Assembly: GCF_000315625.1 (NCBI RefSeq)
Contig: NW_005434637.1
Coordinates: forward strand, 381,985 to 445,984
Source: Guillardia theta CCMP2712
Taxonomy: Eukaryota; Protista; Cryptophyta
Direction of reading: 5' to 3'
DNA length: 64,000 bases
Below the pieces are notes generated by a model. That model was not told where the DNA came from, searched no databases, and saw only the letters and a list, made by a program, of their open reading frames with translations. A program made the translations under genes and the position numbers. Shown here in pieces: positions 42,354-55,634 of this stretch; within the stretch, counting starts at the first letter, position 1; the number at the start of each line of letters is the position of its first letter.

Positions 42354-43640
42354 TCACGACACGAACTTTTCCGCTGAGACAGGGTAGGCTTCCATCGACC
42401 CCTCTTTCTTCTTCTCTCCGCCATCGCTGGAGCTTTTCACGTTCACCTCCTCGGGGATCGCGCTGATGTCCGAGATCGTCTCCAGCTCGCTGTCATACGT
42501 GGAGGAGGCTCCTCTCGTACCTCCTCCTCCTCCTCCTCCTTCCTTCGCATCGATCGGAAGGACGGTCAGGCGGCTACCTCGCTTCCTCTGAGAGTTGAGC
42601 TTCCTGCACAGAAGTGCGGCCTCGTCGTACCTGCAGACCATCTCCTCGCTGTCCTGCACGAAGATGTCCTTGCCCGTCCTGTAGTCTTTGATCTGACGGA
42701 ACAGCGCGTACGGGCGAGGGACAGCGTCTTTAGGACACTTGTGCGCGCTCTCGCAGTCGACATACGATCCTATCTCCACCAGCCGCTTGTCCAGGTCCTC
42801 CTCCTCCTCCTCCTCCTCGTTCACATCCTTGACTTCCCCACCCTTGGCGATGTAGGAAGTCTGCAGCGATACCATCTGACTGAAAGTGTCCATGAGGTGG
42901 CAGACCGCCCTCTCGCCCTCGCTCGTCTTCTCCAGGTACTGCAGCGAGTACGCGACAGATTCCAACGTAGATAAGCAGAACTGGTGAGGCTCCTTCCTAA
43001 ACTTGTATCCGCTCCTCCCTGCCCGTGCAAACTGCACGCGGGTGACGTCTCCCCTCTCCACGGCCCTTCGGATGCATTCCTCGCGGATCACACGCCCTGC
43101 CTGCCGCCATGTTCCATCGACTACAATAAGGGTCCGCTCACTGTCTGAGTCATCCAGCTGTAGAGTCTCGATGTCCACAGCCCCTGGCCCTGGATACAGC
43201 AGGAGAGTTTTCTTATCGCTCAGGGCAGCTTCAAGAGCGGGATTCCCGTCTAGGGTGCCATGGATTATGCCTTTCTTGTTTTGGATCGGACATGCTGCAG
43301 TATCACTGGCATCGTTGACCTTCTGCAAGAGCGAAGAATCGTCCTGGGAGCTAGAGGAATCGTACGAGAGTGGAGATCCTTCATCGGAGCCGACTTTCCT
43401 CCCCCTCCTTCCTCTCGTTGTCGAGGCCTCTTTCGCACCATTCCCTCTCGCTACAACTACCTGCATGTTATCAAGCACGAGCTCCATGAGAGGGACGGTG
43501 CCGATGATCTTCTTGTGACATTCGCAGGGATGTTGAACAACGAGAATCTTCGTCTTCAGCATGATCTTCTCTGCGGGAAGCGAGCTGCATACGCAAACGG
43601 TCTCCGGCCTCCCGCACCTCTGGCATACTGCCCTGCCCAT
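42354..43640 (-). CDS. DTWD2: DTW-domain tRNA-uridine aminocarboxypropyltransferase (DTWD2/TapT-like), single exon
   Basis: CQRCGRPETVCVC, ILVVQHPCE, LLYPG, LIVVDGTWRQA, RKEP...LSTLESVA. Confidence 0.9.
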   Translation of the reverse strand: MGRAVCQRCGRPETVCVCSSLPAEKIMLKTKILVVQHPCECHKKIIGTVPLMELVLDNMQVVVARGNGAKEASTTRGRRGRKVGSDEGSPLSYDSSSSQDDSSLLQKVNDASDTAACPIQNKKGIIHGTLDGNPALEAALSDKKTLLLYPGPGAVDIETLQLDDSDSERTLIVVDGTWRQAGRVIREECIRRAVERGDVTRVQFARAGRSGYKFRKEPHQFCLSTLESVAYSLQYLEKTSEGERAVCHLMDTFSQMVSLQTSYIAKGGEVKDVNEEEEEEEDLDKRLVEIGSYVDCESAHKCPKDAVPRPYALFRQIKDYRTGKDIFVQDSEEMVCRYDEAALLCRKLNSQRKRGSRLTVLPIDAKEGGGGGGGTRGASSTYDSELETISDISAIPEEVNVKSSSDGGEKKKEGSMEAYPVSAEKFVS

Positions 43641-44142
43641 GGCGCCTTCCGGCACCTCTGACCCCACCCTTTTCCCGTTTTGGAGAGGAACCAACCTGGT
43701 AGGGTGATCAACATGCAATTTCAGTCCGGAAATCGAAATTTTGCATAGATTTGATGAAATTGAAGCGCTGAAAAGTTGAAAAATAATTACAATATTTGAG
43801 TAGTCAACACTTATTTCAGATGGCCATGAAGAAAGTAGAAGACCCTCATACGGCATTGACCGTTATGACGGTTATCATGGTAGCAATCCTGCCTTTTTTT
43901 TTCCTCCCCACGAGCAAAGAGAAGCGACAAACTCTCAAAACTTTAGAGAAAACTTTCCAACTCGAAAAGTTTCCTTCAAACTTTATTAGTCATTTTAGTC
44001 AGTAATCAGTAGGAATCAAGTTCACCTCAGTGACTTTCAAGACATTATCAAAAGGCAGCGAAATTGAGTTAATCGACTACTAGTTTACTCTCTGGGCACC
44101 TGTATCCTCGAGGATACATCTGTTTCCGAGAGACCGACGAGA

Positions 44143-45874
44143 ATGTCGGTGCGGGTAGCGTCCCATGCAGGATCCTGGTATGCGGGAAGAGGCGACGAGC
44201 TGAAGAAGCAGCTGGACAGGTCGGAGCCTCTCGTGTCTATCTCGCTCTTCCATGCTCCTCCCTTGACTCTCGCACTTGTCCTGCGCTGTCCTTGCCTTGA
44301 GCAGTCTCGCAACTGTAGTTTGCGCTGCAGTTCCGCCATGGGATCGCGATACTGGAACTTCTTGATAGGATCTCACCGAATTGCTGAGCGATTTATGACA
44401 TGGATGTCGTTGTGCTCGTGGTCGTCTCTTTGTCCCGCTCTTCTGTCCCTCTTGCTTGTCCATCGCTCTCGTTTGTTCCTTGAGCGAGCATTCCATCGAC
44501 AGCATCGTGTCGACATGACTTGATCTCACGTGCGATCCACAGATGGCTGCAAGATGTGAAGAAGTCTGATGAGCTGCAGCCTTCCTGCGGCTTGATCGCT
44601 CCGCATGCCGGTTACTCCTATTCGGGCCCAACTGCTGCGTACGCTTATCGGTACATGGACCCCTCGAGGTAGGACGGGAGCGACGAGGCCTGCACGCTCT
44701 GACCTTGAGCACCAACAGAATTAAGCGAATATTCGTACTCGGACCGTCTCATCACTACTACCTTACTGGTTGCACGCCTGATCCTGTCCTCGTCAGTTTT
44801 GACACGCCTGTTGTCCGGCAGGGTGCGCGCTGTCAAAGCACAGCGCTTACGCTACCCCACTCGGGAACCTGGAGATTGACACAGATGTTGTCAAGGTGAG
44901 GAGAAGATGTAGGTTGGGGCGAAGGGGGGAGGAGGGCAACGGGAAGGGCAAGAGCTGAAAGATCTGCTTTGTGGAGGTGCTCTGACTTGCCACCTTTGTT
45001 CAGGAGCTTCACAGCTCAGGACTCTTCGAGTACATGTCGGAGGAAGTGGACGAAGACGAACACTCGCTGGAGATGCAGATGCCGTACATCTACAAGGTGA
45101 TGGAACAGGCGTCCAAGAGCTACAAGATTGTTCCTGTCCTGGTTGGGAACCTCTCACCCAAGAAAGAGGACGTGTACGGGTCGCTCTTCTCCCGGTGAGC
45201 TCTGAGATCCCTTGCTCGACAAGTCTCACTCGTGTTTGAAGCTACTTGAACGATCCTTCAACCTTCTTCGTGATCTCCTCGGACTTCTGCCACTGGGGCT
45301 CTCGGTTTCGATACACTTATTATGACCCTTCCTTCGGAGAAATTTACCAGGTGAACGACACGGAGGTGTGAGTTTTCCTTCGCCGTGATGTGTCAAGGCA
45401 GTCAATCGAGGCGCTAGACAGGCAGGGCATGCAGGAGATCGAATCGCTCTCTCCCGAAAACTTCCAGAACTACCAGGCTAAGGTCTGTCAAGCAAGGCAC
45501 ATGGTGGCTCAATCGTGTTTCCTGACTCTTGTCGTGTCAGTTCAACAACACAATCTGCGGAAGGCACCCGATAGCTGTCTTGCTGAATGCTTTGAAAGCC
45601 TCCAGCGCTGCTTCTCAGGCCTCCGTCCAGTCTCTGTGCGTGACCTGGTTGCTTCTCAACGCTCTCCTCCTGACTCGGCGCGCGCAGCTACAAGATTCAA
45701 TTTGTTCGCTACGCTCAGTCTTCCCCTTGTCGCTGTCAGGTGGTCACATTTGTCCCCCTCTTGTCTTCCCTTGTTCTTATCAGCGTCCGTCCTCGTCTCC
45801 AACACTCACTGCACGACGTTCAGGCTGATTCCTCCGTCTCTTACGCTTCAGCTGTCGTCAAGACAGCTGGCTGA
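44143..45874 (+). CDS. MEMO1: MEMO1 family protein (multi-exon)
   Basis: [69 protein letters not shown]. Confidence 0.94.
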
Positions 45875-46006
45875 CTACAGGCAGCAGAACATGGCTTTAA
45901 GTACAACAATAGAATTGATTTACAACAGAAGGAATCTCCTTTTCCTCATCTCCTCTTTCCTCCTTCACCCATCCATTCACCCTCCTCTCCCCTCCTCACC
46001 CACACC

Positions 46007-48891
46007 CTAGAACCCTGCCAGCTCTCTGTAGATCCTCTCTGTGTCCTGTGCGATTCTGTCCCAGTTGAACCTTTTCTGTGCCTTTTGCCTCCCCCTGCCA
46101 TGCTCGTCATAACAAGCTCCTCCTCTCCCCCCACCCACCTCAGGCCCATCTGCCTTGCGTTCTCAAAGTTGGAGAAGATCTCGCAGATCCCCCATGAGAT
46201 GCTGCCGGCCAGTCAGCGGGTCGTCGAGTCGAAGGGCATCGACTTGCCTGTTCGCTGAAGGATGCACGTGATAACCATCCACTCCATGGTCGACAAACTC
46301 CCGAGGCCCTCCCGAGCTTGTGGCGACTACAGGCTTCCCCGACGCCCATGCCTGCTTTTGAATGAGCAATCCCTGCACCTCTCCCTCCTCCCTTCCTTCC
46401 TCCTCCCGCCTTGATCCTCCTTCTCCACCTGTCCCTCCTTTCCTTGTCCTCCCACTTTCTTGCTCCTTTTCTCTGGCTCACCTCTAAGACGACGATACCA
46501 AATGGCTCGTTACGCGATGGGATGCAGACGCAGTCTGTGCTCTTGAAGAGCTCGACGAGCGGCCGGCCTGACATGCTGCCGAGAAAGCGGACGGCATTTG
46601 ACACACCGAGCTCATTCACTCTGTCAAGGAGGACTGAGTTGAACGAAAAGCGGTAGGAGAGGAGGAGAAGAGTCGAGGGATCCAGTGCGTTCACTCACCT
46701 CCTCTCCAGGTCAGCCCGCATGTACCCATCCCCCACGATGGCAAACTTGACATCGGATCTCGTGTTGAGGACGAGAGGAACAGCTTCGACAAGCAAGTCA
46801 GGCCCTTTCTGCGTCGCCAGGCGACCAACGAAGAGAACAAGGGGATCCAGGGGCCCGATGTTGTAACGTGCCTGGACATGGGTGTTAGGGGGCAAGCTTC
46901 CTACTCCCTCCTTGTGTACCTTGACTGCTCCTGCATCGAACGTCGCTAGGTAAGGAGCGAGATGAATACCATTGTACACCATCCGCATCTTGTCCTCCGA
47001 CACGCGGAACTGTTGCTTCACCTCATCGCAGAGCACCCCAGACACCGATATCACACGATCTGCCACTTGCACCACCTCTTCCTCTATGCGACGGATACGC
47101 TCGGACTGCAAGAGCGTGTTAACAAGCAGGCACAACCTCCTCCCAATTCTCCTCACCTGCCCTCCATAGTTGACGTTGCCGCACCTCCCAAACTCCGTGC
47201 TGTGAATGGTGGCAACAGTGTTCCTCCCAATGTTCTTGCACTGCACGACGGCCTTCGCAGCGAGCCAGTCGTGCCCGTGGCAGATGTCGAAGGGAGCTCC
47301 TTGGAATTGCTCCGACTCTGTCAGGAACCAAACGAAGGAGTTGCACATGTTGCTGCACTCCGTGATGAAGTCTGGATCCTGCAGTGGAGGTCAGCAAGCA
47401 CTCGAGAACTGCCTCAGGCACTCACAAGTTGGATCGGAACTCGGTGAATGTGAACGCCGTCGATGATCTCGTAAGGCATCTGGCCATCTCCCGTCCTCGA
47501 GTACACTGAGAGTGAGAGTCAATGCCACGTCACACCGTCTGCTCCTCACTCACCGTGTACTTCATGCCCTCTGCGCTCTAAGCCAGCTGCCAGCTCAGTG
47601 ACATGCGGAGCTACCCCTCCGACCTGATAGGTTATCAATAAACTCAACTCTCTTCCTCCTCTCCTTCGCCTGACCGCAATAGTGTGCAAAGATTCCCAAG
47701 TCAAGAGGGCAATGCGGAGAGGTCTTCCACCATCCAGCGCCTTGCTTGCCACCCTTGAGAGTTTCTTTTCTCCCTTTTCTCCCTTTAATCTGAGAGCTCC
47801 AGTCAACCGCACCATCGTCTAAGAAATCACATCAAGCTGCATCTTTACCCTCACCTCACGACTTCGTTCGAAGACGCCTCCTCGTCAGCGATCTCTCCCT
47901 TCGGGAGACTACTCAACGAGATTTCAACCGAGCTGTTCACTGAATGCTGATCAAGCCGTCAAAAACACTGATCGGGCAGGAAAATCGACATCTACATTCG
48001 TCTGGGTGCTTCCTCCCCTCAACCTCAACGTAATCTTCTTGACGAAAACAGCATCGTAACCCTGCCGACAGCATTTGAGCCCACACTCAGGTTCATGCAC
48101 AAAAAAATCTGCCAACCTCTCTGGAGTAATCCACCCCGTTGATGGTGAACCCTCCTGCAATCACAATCAATGAATCCAGGGGGAGTCCAGCTGTACAAAC
48201 CCATCTTCCTGAAATCAGTGACGAGCTCAAAATCGTACACAGACAAGAATGCTGCGAGGCCAACAATCCCGTCCTTGTTGATGAGATCCTCCGGCAGCGG
48301 ATACATCGGTGGAAGCGGGATCGATCCCTTCCTCGGTAGGAATGGAGATTCAATCATCTGGGAAAATTTGATTCCATCGCCTCCGTATGATCCCCGCCAT
48401 CTCAAGTAGAGCTTGTCCACACTGTTCTTGTTGCTCTGCGTCTCGCCAACGGCCTCGATCCCATCCTTCCCGTACATAGGATTCGCGTCGTGCCGATTGA
48501 CCGACGTGAGGTCAGGGTTTGAGAACCGAGAGCATCTGTAAACTGGGTCGGAGGCCAGGTTTATCACCACCACTCTCCCGTCCTCTGTGTGGAAGGTGAA
48601 GGAAGTCGCCGCCCCCACATCCACCTGCTGCGGGGTGCAAGCAGGATTCAGCACCTTGGAGATCGCTGCGAGGCCAAAACAATGCGTGAATGGCGAAAGG
48701 AGGAAGGAGCTCCCCGTGCTGATGTATAGCGAGAACACCAGCAATGTGCACGCAGACTTTGGCGTCCTCCAACTTTGCCTCACACTCATCCGGCGATTTG
48801 AATGCTCGTCCTCAGTGCCAGATGGAAACTTTTTCCTCCGCCTGTTTGCACATGAATCAACATTCCTCGACGGGGTCGTTGATAGTTCCAT
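46007..48891 (-). CDS. GT4 glycosyltransferase with signal-like presequence and an extra N-terminal region
   Basis: LRIALLTWES...VGGVAPHVTELA, HGHDWL, TIHSTEFGR, LFVGRLATQKG, IPSRNEPFGIVVLEAW, FNWDRIA. Upstream exons (48891-47850) splice in frame to the GT domain; an alternative start lies at 48789. Confidence 0.85.
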
Positions 48892-50741
48892 TTCAAGCTT
48901 GTCGTGAAAGTACCTGAAACTTTGATTTAGACATTCAATTTTCAGCCAGCTTCCCTGCAAGAGAAGAGAGAGAAAAAACCAACCTTGTGTTGCGAATCAG
49001 TACAGTTGATATCTCAGTGTCTACTTTTCTTTTCTCTCATGCTCGCTGGCCGGTGGTGCAAACCCAGTTCACTTGTCGATCCACTGTTGAAACATATCCG
49101 ATCGACCTCACGACCAAGAAAACAGCAGAATAGGATTGTGTATCTCAATCCAGGAGAAAATGAATCAACCTGCTGATAAGATCCGTCAGACAAGGGTTAC
49201 ATGTAAGCTCTCCAAGGCAGAAAGTTGGCGTTTGACGGACAAGGAGAGGGAAGAATGGTCAGGAAGGGGACGAATGGAGGCGACAAGAAGCGGAGGAGAC
49301 AAAAGTCAGAGGTACAGGGGAACTGATGCGTTAGCAAGGAACCAAGGGCGAGGAGGAAGAGGATGGGAGCTACGAGGATAACGCTAGGAGTTGAGGATCC
49401 AGTGGAGGAGCGGGATGCATGCACAGGCTCCCCGCATCGTCGTGTTTACCCCCACCCCACTACCCCTGAATTTCACACCGCCGTTCCCACCCCAACGTTC
49501 TCACCACCCCTGCCCTCGGCACCCGGCCCCCAAACTACCCCTGAGTCATGCACCACAATTCTGTTTACCCTACCCTTCATACTGCAGTCAAATATGCACC
49601 CGTTGTTTGTCGGCTGCAGATGCCGTGAAGGGGTCCTATCTCCTGAGATCGGGTATGCCCGGGGGTGGATAGACCATGACCTAGAAGAATCGGAGGGGGT
49701 GGTATCAACTGGGGGTCAACACACCCAGAGGATTCGCCTCTTGATTTCAATTTGGTTTCGAGAACCCAGTTTTTCATGGGGGTTTAGAGGGGGTGATGGA
49801 GATTGGTAGGTACTCTCACCGGTACTACTCATAGTCAGTTTGAGGGGTCCTTGTTGAATTCTGGATAGTTTCCAGGAAATTCAATATCTGGGGAAAAACA
49901 GTTTTAGAGCGCACATATAAAGGGACCCCCGGTCATGACCTCATTTCTCACAGGAAAAACGTGGGGTAGAGGTTGAGGGTGGGTTATCGGGGTCCATTTG
50001 TACGCGTTCCCCCATCCGGTAGGATACATTTGTATACAAATCCTCACTTTTAATATTTTATGGAGGTGAATCGTTTTTAATAACTACTTTATAATATTTT
50101 GAAAAGGAAAGCCTCTGGTGTTTTGTACCTCAAAGTCATTCCCTTATCTTACTTTAAAAACTTATAAGATATCGTACGAGAAACAGCCCCCAGTATAAAA
50201 TAGATATAAAATTCGGGCCCGGCCCGGGGGCACTCGAACCGGAACACCACTCGGCAATGACGGTGGCAGCAGAGGCGGGCCCGGATGCACTTTGTTACTG
50301 ACGAGAAATGGGCACCTGCCGTCCCGCTTCGACCACCCCGGGTGGTTGAAACAGATCTAAAGTATGAGGTGGGGTAGGTGGTCCCAACAACCGGGTCATA
50401 AGATTCAAAAGGGTAGGAGGAAGAGGGGGTGATCAAGCGATTGTGGCTTGACGTTGTGGGAGGGGTAGGGTGGAAAGATGAAGTTGAGATGCACCTCACC
50501 CGTCCAAGACTTTAGTACCCCACCCATCATCATGTGGGCATGTGAGGGTTAATTAACCCCCTATGTTGTGTAGAGTACCCTTTTAGAACCTTGGGACCCC
50601 TACCCACTGTTGACTACCTACCCTTGTAGCTAAAGAGTCATCCCCATACCCCCTCTTTCTCCCACATTTCATCACCACCCCTGTGTTTCCATTGATGGGT
50701 ACCCCTCATCACCCTACCCATACCAAATCTCCCAAAGCGCC

Positions 50742-52509
50742 ATGCAGGAACTCAACCGGCTTGTGGGCGAGGAGAGGAGAAGGTTGGAGCATGTTTGATG
50801 TGTCACCCAAGTTTTTCCTCTCACAGATGCCTCATAATGGTTGCGAGAGCAAGCTCCCCTAGTCGCTGATCTCGAGTCCTTTCTTCCACCTGTCCTCCCC
50901 TGCTCGTGTAACCACTGCAAAGTTAGAGTTCTGTTCCTATTCCCTTGCGGCCATTGCGGTTGGTCCAGACCTGCACTTGCCTGCCTGCCCCAGCCCTTGA
51001 TTGTCTTGTCATGCATCAAGGTCACCTTCTGGCTCATCGTCCCTCCCCTTGATGTTGAAAAATGTTGGTTCACAGCGGCCCCTTGCAACACTTTGACCGC
51101 TTTCACAACGTCTCGCCTGATCTTGCCGTCATCAACATCTTTCATTGGTCAATTTGAGGCTCCTCACTCGATGATGCCAGTCAACATCCTGCGGTGCATC
51201 CGGAGGCCAGTTTGTTCGAAGGACTCGACAGGTTCGTTGCATCTTGCCCCCCAAGTTTCACAGTCTGAACTGTTGTTTAAAACTCCAGAGTGGGCGAAGC
51301 TTACGGGCTTGACCTCGATGATGAGTACAAGGTATGCCGCATCCAAGGGACACTTGTGTGCATGATCGGACCCCCCAGAGCGACTACTCCGACTACTCCA
51401 ACGGGCAACTGGATGATGATTTCGTTGACTATGACTCCGAAGGAGACGAGACCTTGGTTGTTTCCCGATCACCTTCTCTAGAGAAAGCACTGACCCAGCG
51501 CAGGAGAAGTATGGGATGGATGACCGTGACAATGGCATCATGGAGATCTCAGAGGTAGCATGGGGAGAGCCGGCGATTCGAACCGTGTTTGACTTGATGT
51601 GTCAGGACGAAATGGAGAAAGAATTGGACGAGCAAGGCTGCGATTGTGAAGGGTTGGACTCATGTCAATTGTGCTCGTCCGTCTTTGCTACAGATGTTCA
51701 TACACACTCCTCCTCGGAAGACGCATGCAGTCCTTCGAGGAAACCCTTATGGAATCCATGGAATCGGTTCTCAAATCGCCGCCCTTCCACCATTGACGGC
51801 AAAGTCATGATGCTGCAGGTCAGCCTGGTTTCTCATGGGTGTTGAGGCTCACATGCTTTCTTCCGCCTTCAGAAGTATGGGCCGCGTTTCGGCCTGGCAC
51901 GCTGGGGACACATTTTCTCGGGGCATTGGAATGTCAATAAGCGCAAGGGTCAGGCAAGCCATGCATCCTTGGAAGAACTTCCGCCAGGATTTCTCAAGTC
52001 GCAGAATCTCTTGCCTTGGAGGAGGTGAGCTCTGTGTCCTCTCGCACCAGTATGCTTACTTCTGTCATGACAGACTCAATCGATGGGCTTGGAGGGCTCG
52101 CAGAGTGAGGATGGTGGAGGAGCGACCCCAGAAGAGATACTTCTTCGGGTCCCTTGTATGTCCCTTGTCTTGTCAGACAGCAGCTGCTGAAAACTCTTGT
52201 CCACAAGGTCTGGGTCACGCTGTTCTTCGTCGCTCTGTTTTGGAGGTGATCGCCCAATGGTGGACGCTTGCAGCCTAACGGTGAGATGCTAGGCGACTGA
52301 GCTTGCACACAATTCTATGGGAGTGGCTGTTTGGATCCCATTTGTCCCATGTAGGGGGAGCCCGCTGTCAGCGATCGAAGATCGTATCTCCATGGTATGC
52401 TTGTAGTTTTGCTCCTTTGAACGCAGATTCACATGTTGTTCCCCTCAGGTACTATTGTGGTCCTCAGAATGGCCATGACTTCTCGAGAAGGTTTGTTGCT
52501 CATTTCTGA
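50742..52509 (+). CDS. Hypothetical multi-exon protein with a Cys/His RING-like fragment
   Basis: CSCNHC...LFPCGHCG and an acidic middle region. Exon structure is uncertain. Confidence 0.35.
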
Positions 52510-53565
52510 CTTCTTCTTACTTGACTCTCCTTGCTCGCAGACCTCTTGACGTGCTTGACACTATATGCGCACAACATGATTTCTGCATCGGTGAGTAATT
52601 TCGCGTGCTTCAGATGCGATAGGCAAATGTTGTTCATTTCCGTTGCAGAAAAGTCAGAATATTGGATTGAAGGGCGACGGAGAAAGTCTGTCTGACGAGA
52701 TAGGAAAGGTGGAAAACACTGAAGGGTTTGCAGGTTGTACCCCATGGGTGAAACGGATGAGGATGATTTCCTACGGTCTGCATACCGATTGCGCACCCTG
52801 AGCCGTCTAAACGTTTTCTTCAGGTGTGGGATTCCGATGCGTTCACACACGAATCCCAGCTATGGTTGTAGAATCACAGACTGCGACAGAGAGATGGTCG
52901 AGGTGCCCATGTGAACGTTTGATCCTCCCTTTCCTCATCGCTTTCTTGCAGAGCCTGTTGAATACCTTCCAATGTTCTGGTGATCAGTCGCTTCCGAAGG
53001 TCCAACTTCACAGGAAACTCGTTCTGCACCGCGCTGATAGATGCGGCAGAGCCCATGGTGCTACGACGAACGCTACGTCGGGAAAGCACACTGTACAGAG
53101 TGAGGCACTTTGAAGAGATGTAGCGACGAAACTGACTCCTGTCACATCAGATATCTCTGGACTTGGAAGATAGGGCTGTGGCCGGTCTGCAAAGCTGCAG
53201 GGAAGATAGCTACAGCATATCATTCATGGAAGATCAAAACAGCTTGCTCCATCATGAAGCAGCAGGTGACCTTGCCCTCTTGCTGTGAGCCTCGCTCGTT
53301 CTGACGGGGCTGAGCAGATTTTGGCTCCTCTGGATGACATAGACAACGCCCCCCCAAGGTGCTCCTTGCTCGCCATCAATCTGTGTGCGTCTTGGCAGCT
53401 CTGACCTGCTCTGCAGAGGATGGAGGATGGTCTCATCGCTCTTGACGTTGCTGGGCGGCACTCGGTCTGCCCAGCAGCTTCGCGGAGGTGTTGCATGGAA
53501 CTGCACGTGCCCATAACTTCCCATCCTTTCGGAACTTCTCCGTGCTTATCAACGTTTTCTGCCAT
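52500..53565 (-). CDS. Hypothetical multi-exon protein
   Basis: A chain of short minus-strand ORFs starting next to a GC island; no domain recognised. Confidence 0.3.
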
Positions 53566-54206
53566 GGGACGGCTCTGAACTTGAATCCCTGGCCTCAGTC
53601 CGGGTGGCAACTGACGGGACCGCCGGTCCGCCCAGAGGTTCAGTTGAAGCAAATTCTGCCAGCCAGCCACGTCCGATCGGGCCGATCATTCCACGCAGGG
53701 GCCGGGCGGGTGCGAGTGTGACTCGTGAGAGACTCTTGTAAATCACAAGTAAATATCATGTAAATACGCAACCGACAGTGTGGCGGCAGCGAGCCTGCCC
53801 CGGGCCATCCGACCCGGCGTACAGCCTGGTGTACTGGGCCGGCCATCCGATGATGATCGCCGAGTTCGCCGCCCGGGCCCAACCGTACGGTCCGGTGACT
53901 GAGTGTCCGGTGAGCCTCCCCGCCGCCCGGCCGGCCCCGGGCGGCGGCCTGGCAAGTCACTGAGTCTCACGGCCACCCGGTCCGAGTCAGCCGGACTCCC
54001 GGCCGGGCGGCGATGGGCCCGGATAAGCAAGTTTTCGAACTTTTGAGTATATTTTTCAAAATTTCAAATTCTCGTGATCAGCCACCTACGTGGTACACAA
54101 CCTCCGTGAAGGCGAAATGCGGGCCGTGCAGAAAGGGGCGGACGGGGGAGGAAGGAGGAGGAGAAGGAGGAGGAGGAGGAGGAGGAGGAGGAGTAGGAGG
54201 GAGAGA

Positions 54207-55198
54207 ATGACGAAAGTTGATGATGATCATGTAGAGGACTTTGATTATGACGAGACAATCACTTTGCGGTGCTGAGATCGTTTCTCCTGTCAGGATGCCT
54301 CCGTTCGACTTGCGGGCAGCCCAGTATCGTATCCTGGGCCCGATCGATGGAAGGGCCGCAGGCGAGTCTGAGCAACATAAGCGTCTCCCTGTGTCGGCTT
54401 GTTTGACGAGTGATTCATGGCAGATGGTAACGGATCATCGGATTGCTCCTTGCCGAACAGACAAGTGAGAAAACAATCTTGCGTTGCCTGAGAAGCCCTC
54501 CCCTCTCTCGCTGTCTCCTTCCCTGCCCACTGCTTGTCTTCATTCCTCTCTTCTTTCTGTCAACGATCGCTCCTGAGTCGCATGTAAAAGGCTCCGCCAA
54601 GCATGAAATTTCCTCATCCTCTCGGCAGCCATCCTTTCATTGCGTCCAGGAGCCAGAACACTGTTGACCTGTCGTTGAGCAAGCAGCAGTCAGGTAGAAG
54701 ACAAGCAAGTGGGTGTGAGTTCTGCTCTGACCGACATCTTTGCAGCTCAAAGTCACAGAGGAAGCGCCTCATCTGGTCCTTCTCCTCACTCCGACGCGAG
54801 CAGGTTCGCGCTCCAGCTCATGGTCGTAACTCTGATCGTCGCATGCGGCAGATACGGGCAGGTAACTCTTGGGCCATCTACCTACAGCTTCACGAGCAGG
54901 CAGCGAATGTCTTACTACAACCCCCCGCAGAGCATCCTTGCGTGTATCCGCAGGTTCGATCTGCCTCGAGGGCAGGGGGGAGGAGACGAGAGGAAGGGAA
55001 GGAGAGAAGGAGGAGGAAGGAGGGTGAAGGCGGGGGGGATGGTGGGGTGAAGGAGGAAGTGAAAAGAGGGCAAGGGCTCAGGGAAGGGTATGATACATTT
55101 TCACAGCGATGAGGGAGCATGGAACTTTGCTTGGCTGACGGCTGGACTGTCAGTGGTCGGCGTTATTTTGTATTATTTTAGCTTGGGGTGGGTGCGAT
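54207..55198 (+). CDS. Hypothetical small multi-exon protein
   Basis: Short exons flanked by plausible GT/AG sites; no homology recognised. Confidence 0.25.
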
Positions 55199-55362
55199 AA
55201 TCGTGGAATCGAGGAATGAAGTATTTTTTTGATGAAGATAGAAGCTAGGGTTCCTGTTTCACCCTTCAAGTTGTCTCTCCTTCCCCTCGTCTTCTCTCTC
55301 TTTCCCCTCGTCTCTCCTTCCCCTTGTCTTCCCTCTCCTTCTGAGCCCATAAGGACATGTCC

Positions 55363-55541
55363 TTATAGGTTCAATCCGCTCTTGATAGCCATGCGATGCT
55401 CGGCCTTGTTGTTGGAGCTCAGCAGCCTCTTCTTCATGTAGGACTTGAGCCAGGAGTTGATGCGAAGCTTGTAGGTCACGAGAACCTCTGCATGCTAAAG
55501 TTACCATCCTCCTCCTGCTCCACCTCTTGGTCCTCTTTCTC

Positions 55542-55634
<93 letters not shown>

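Noticed and set aside
43870-43885. X-box-like GTTATCATGGTAGC
   Set aside because: Two mismatches to the RFX consensus, a single occurrence, and no evidence for RFX regulation of the flanking genes.
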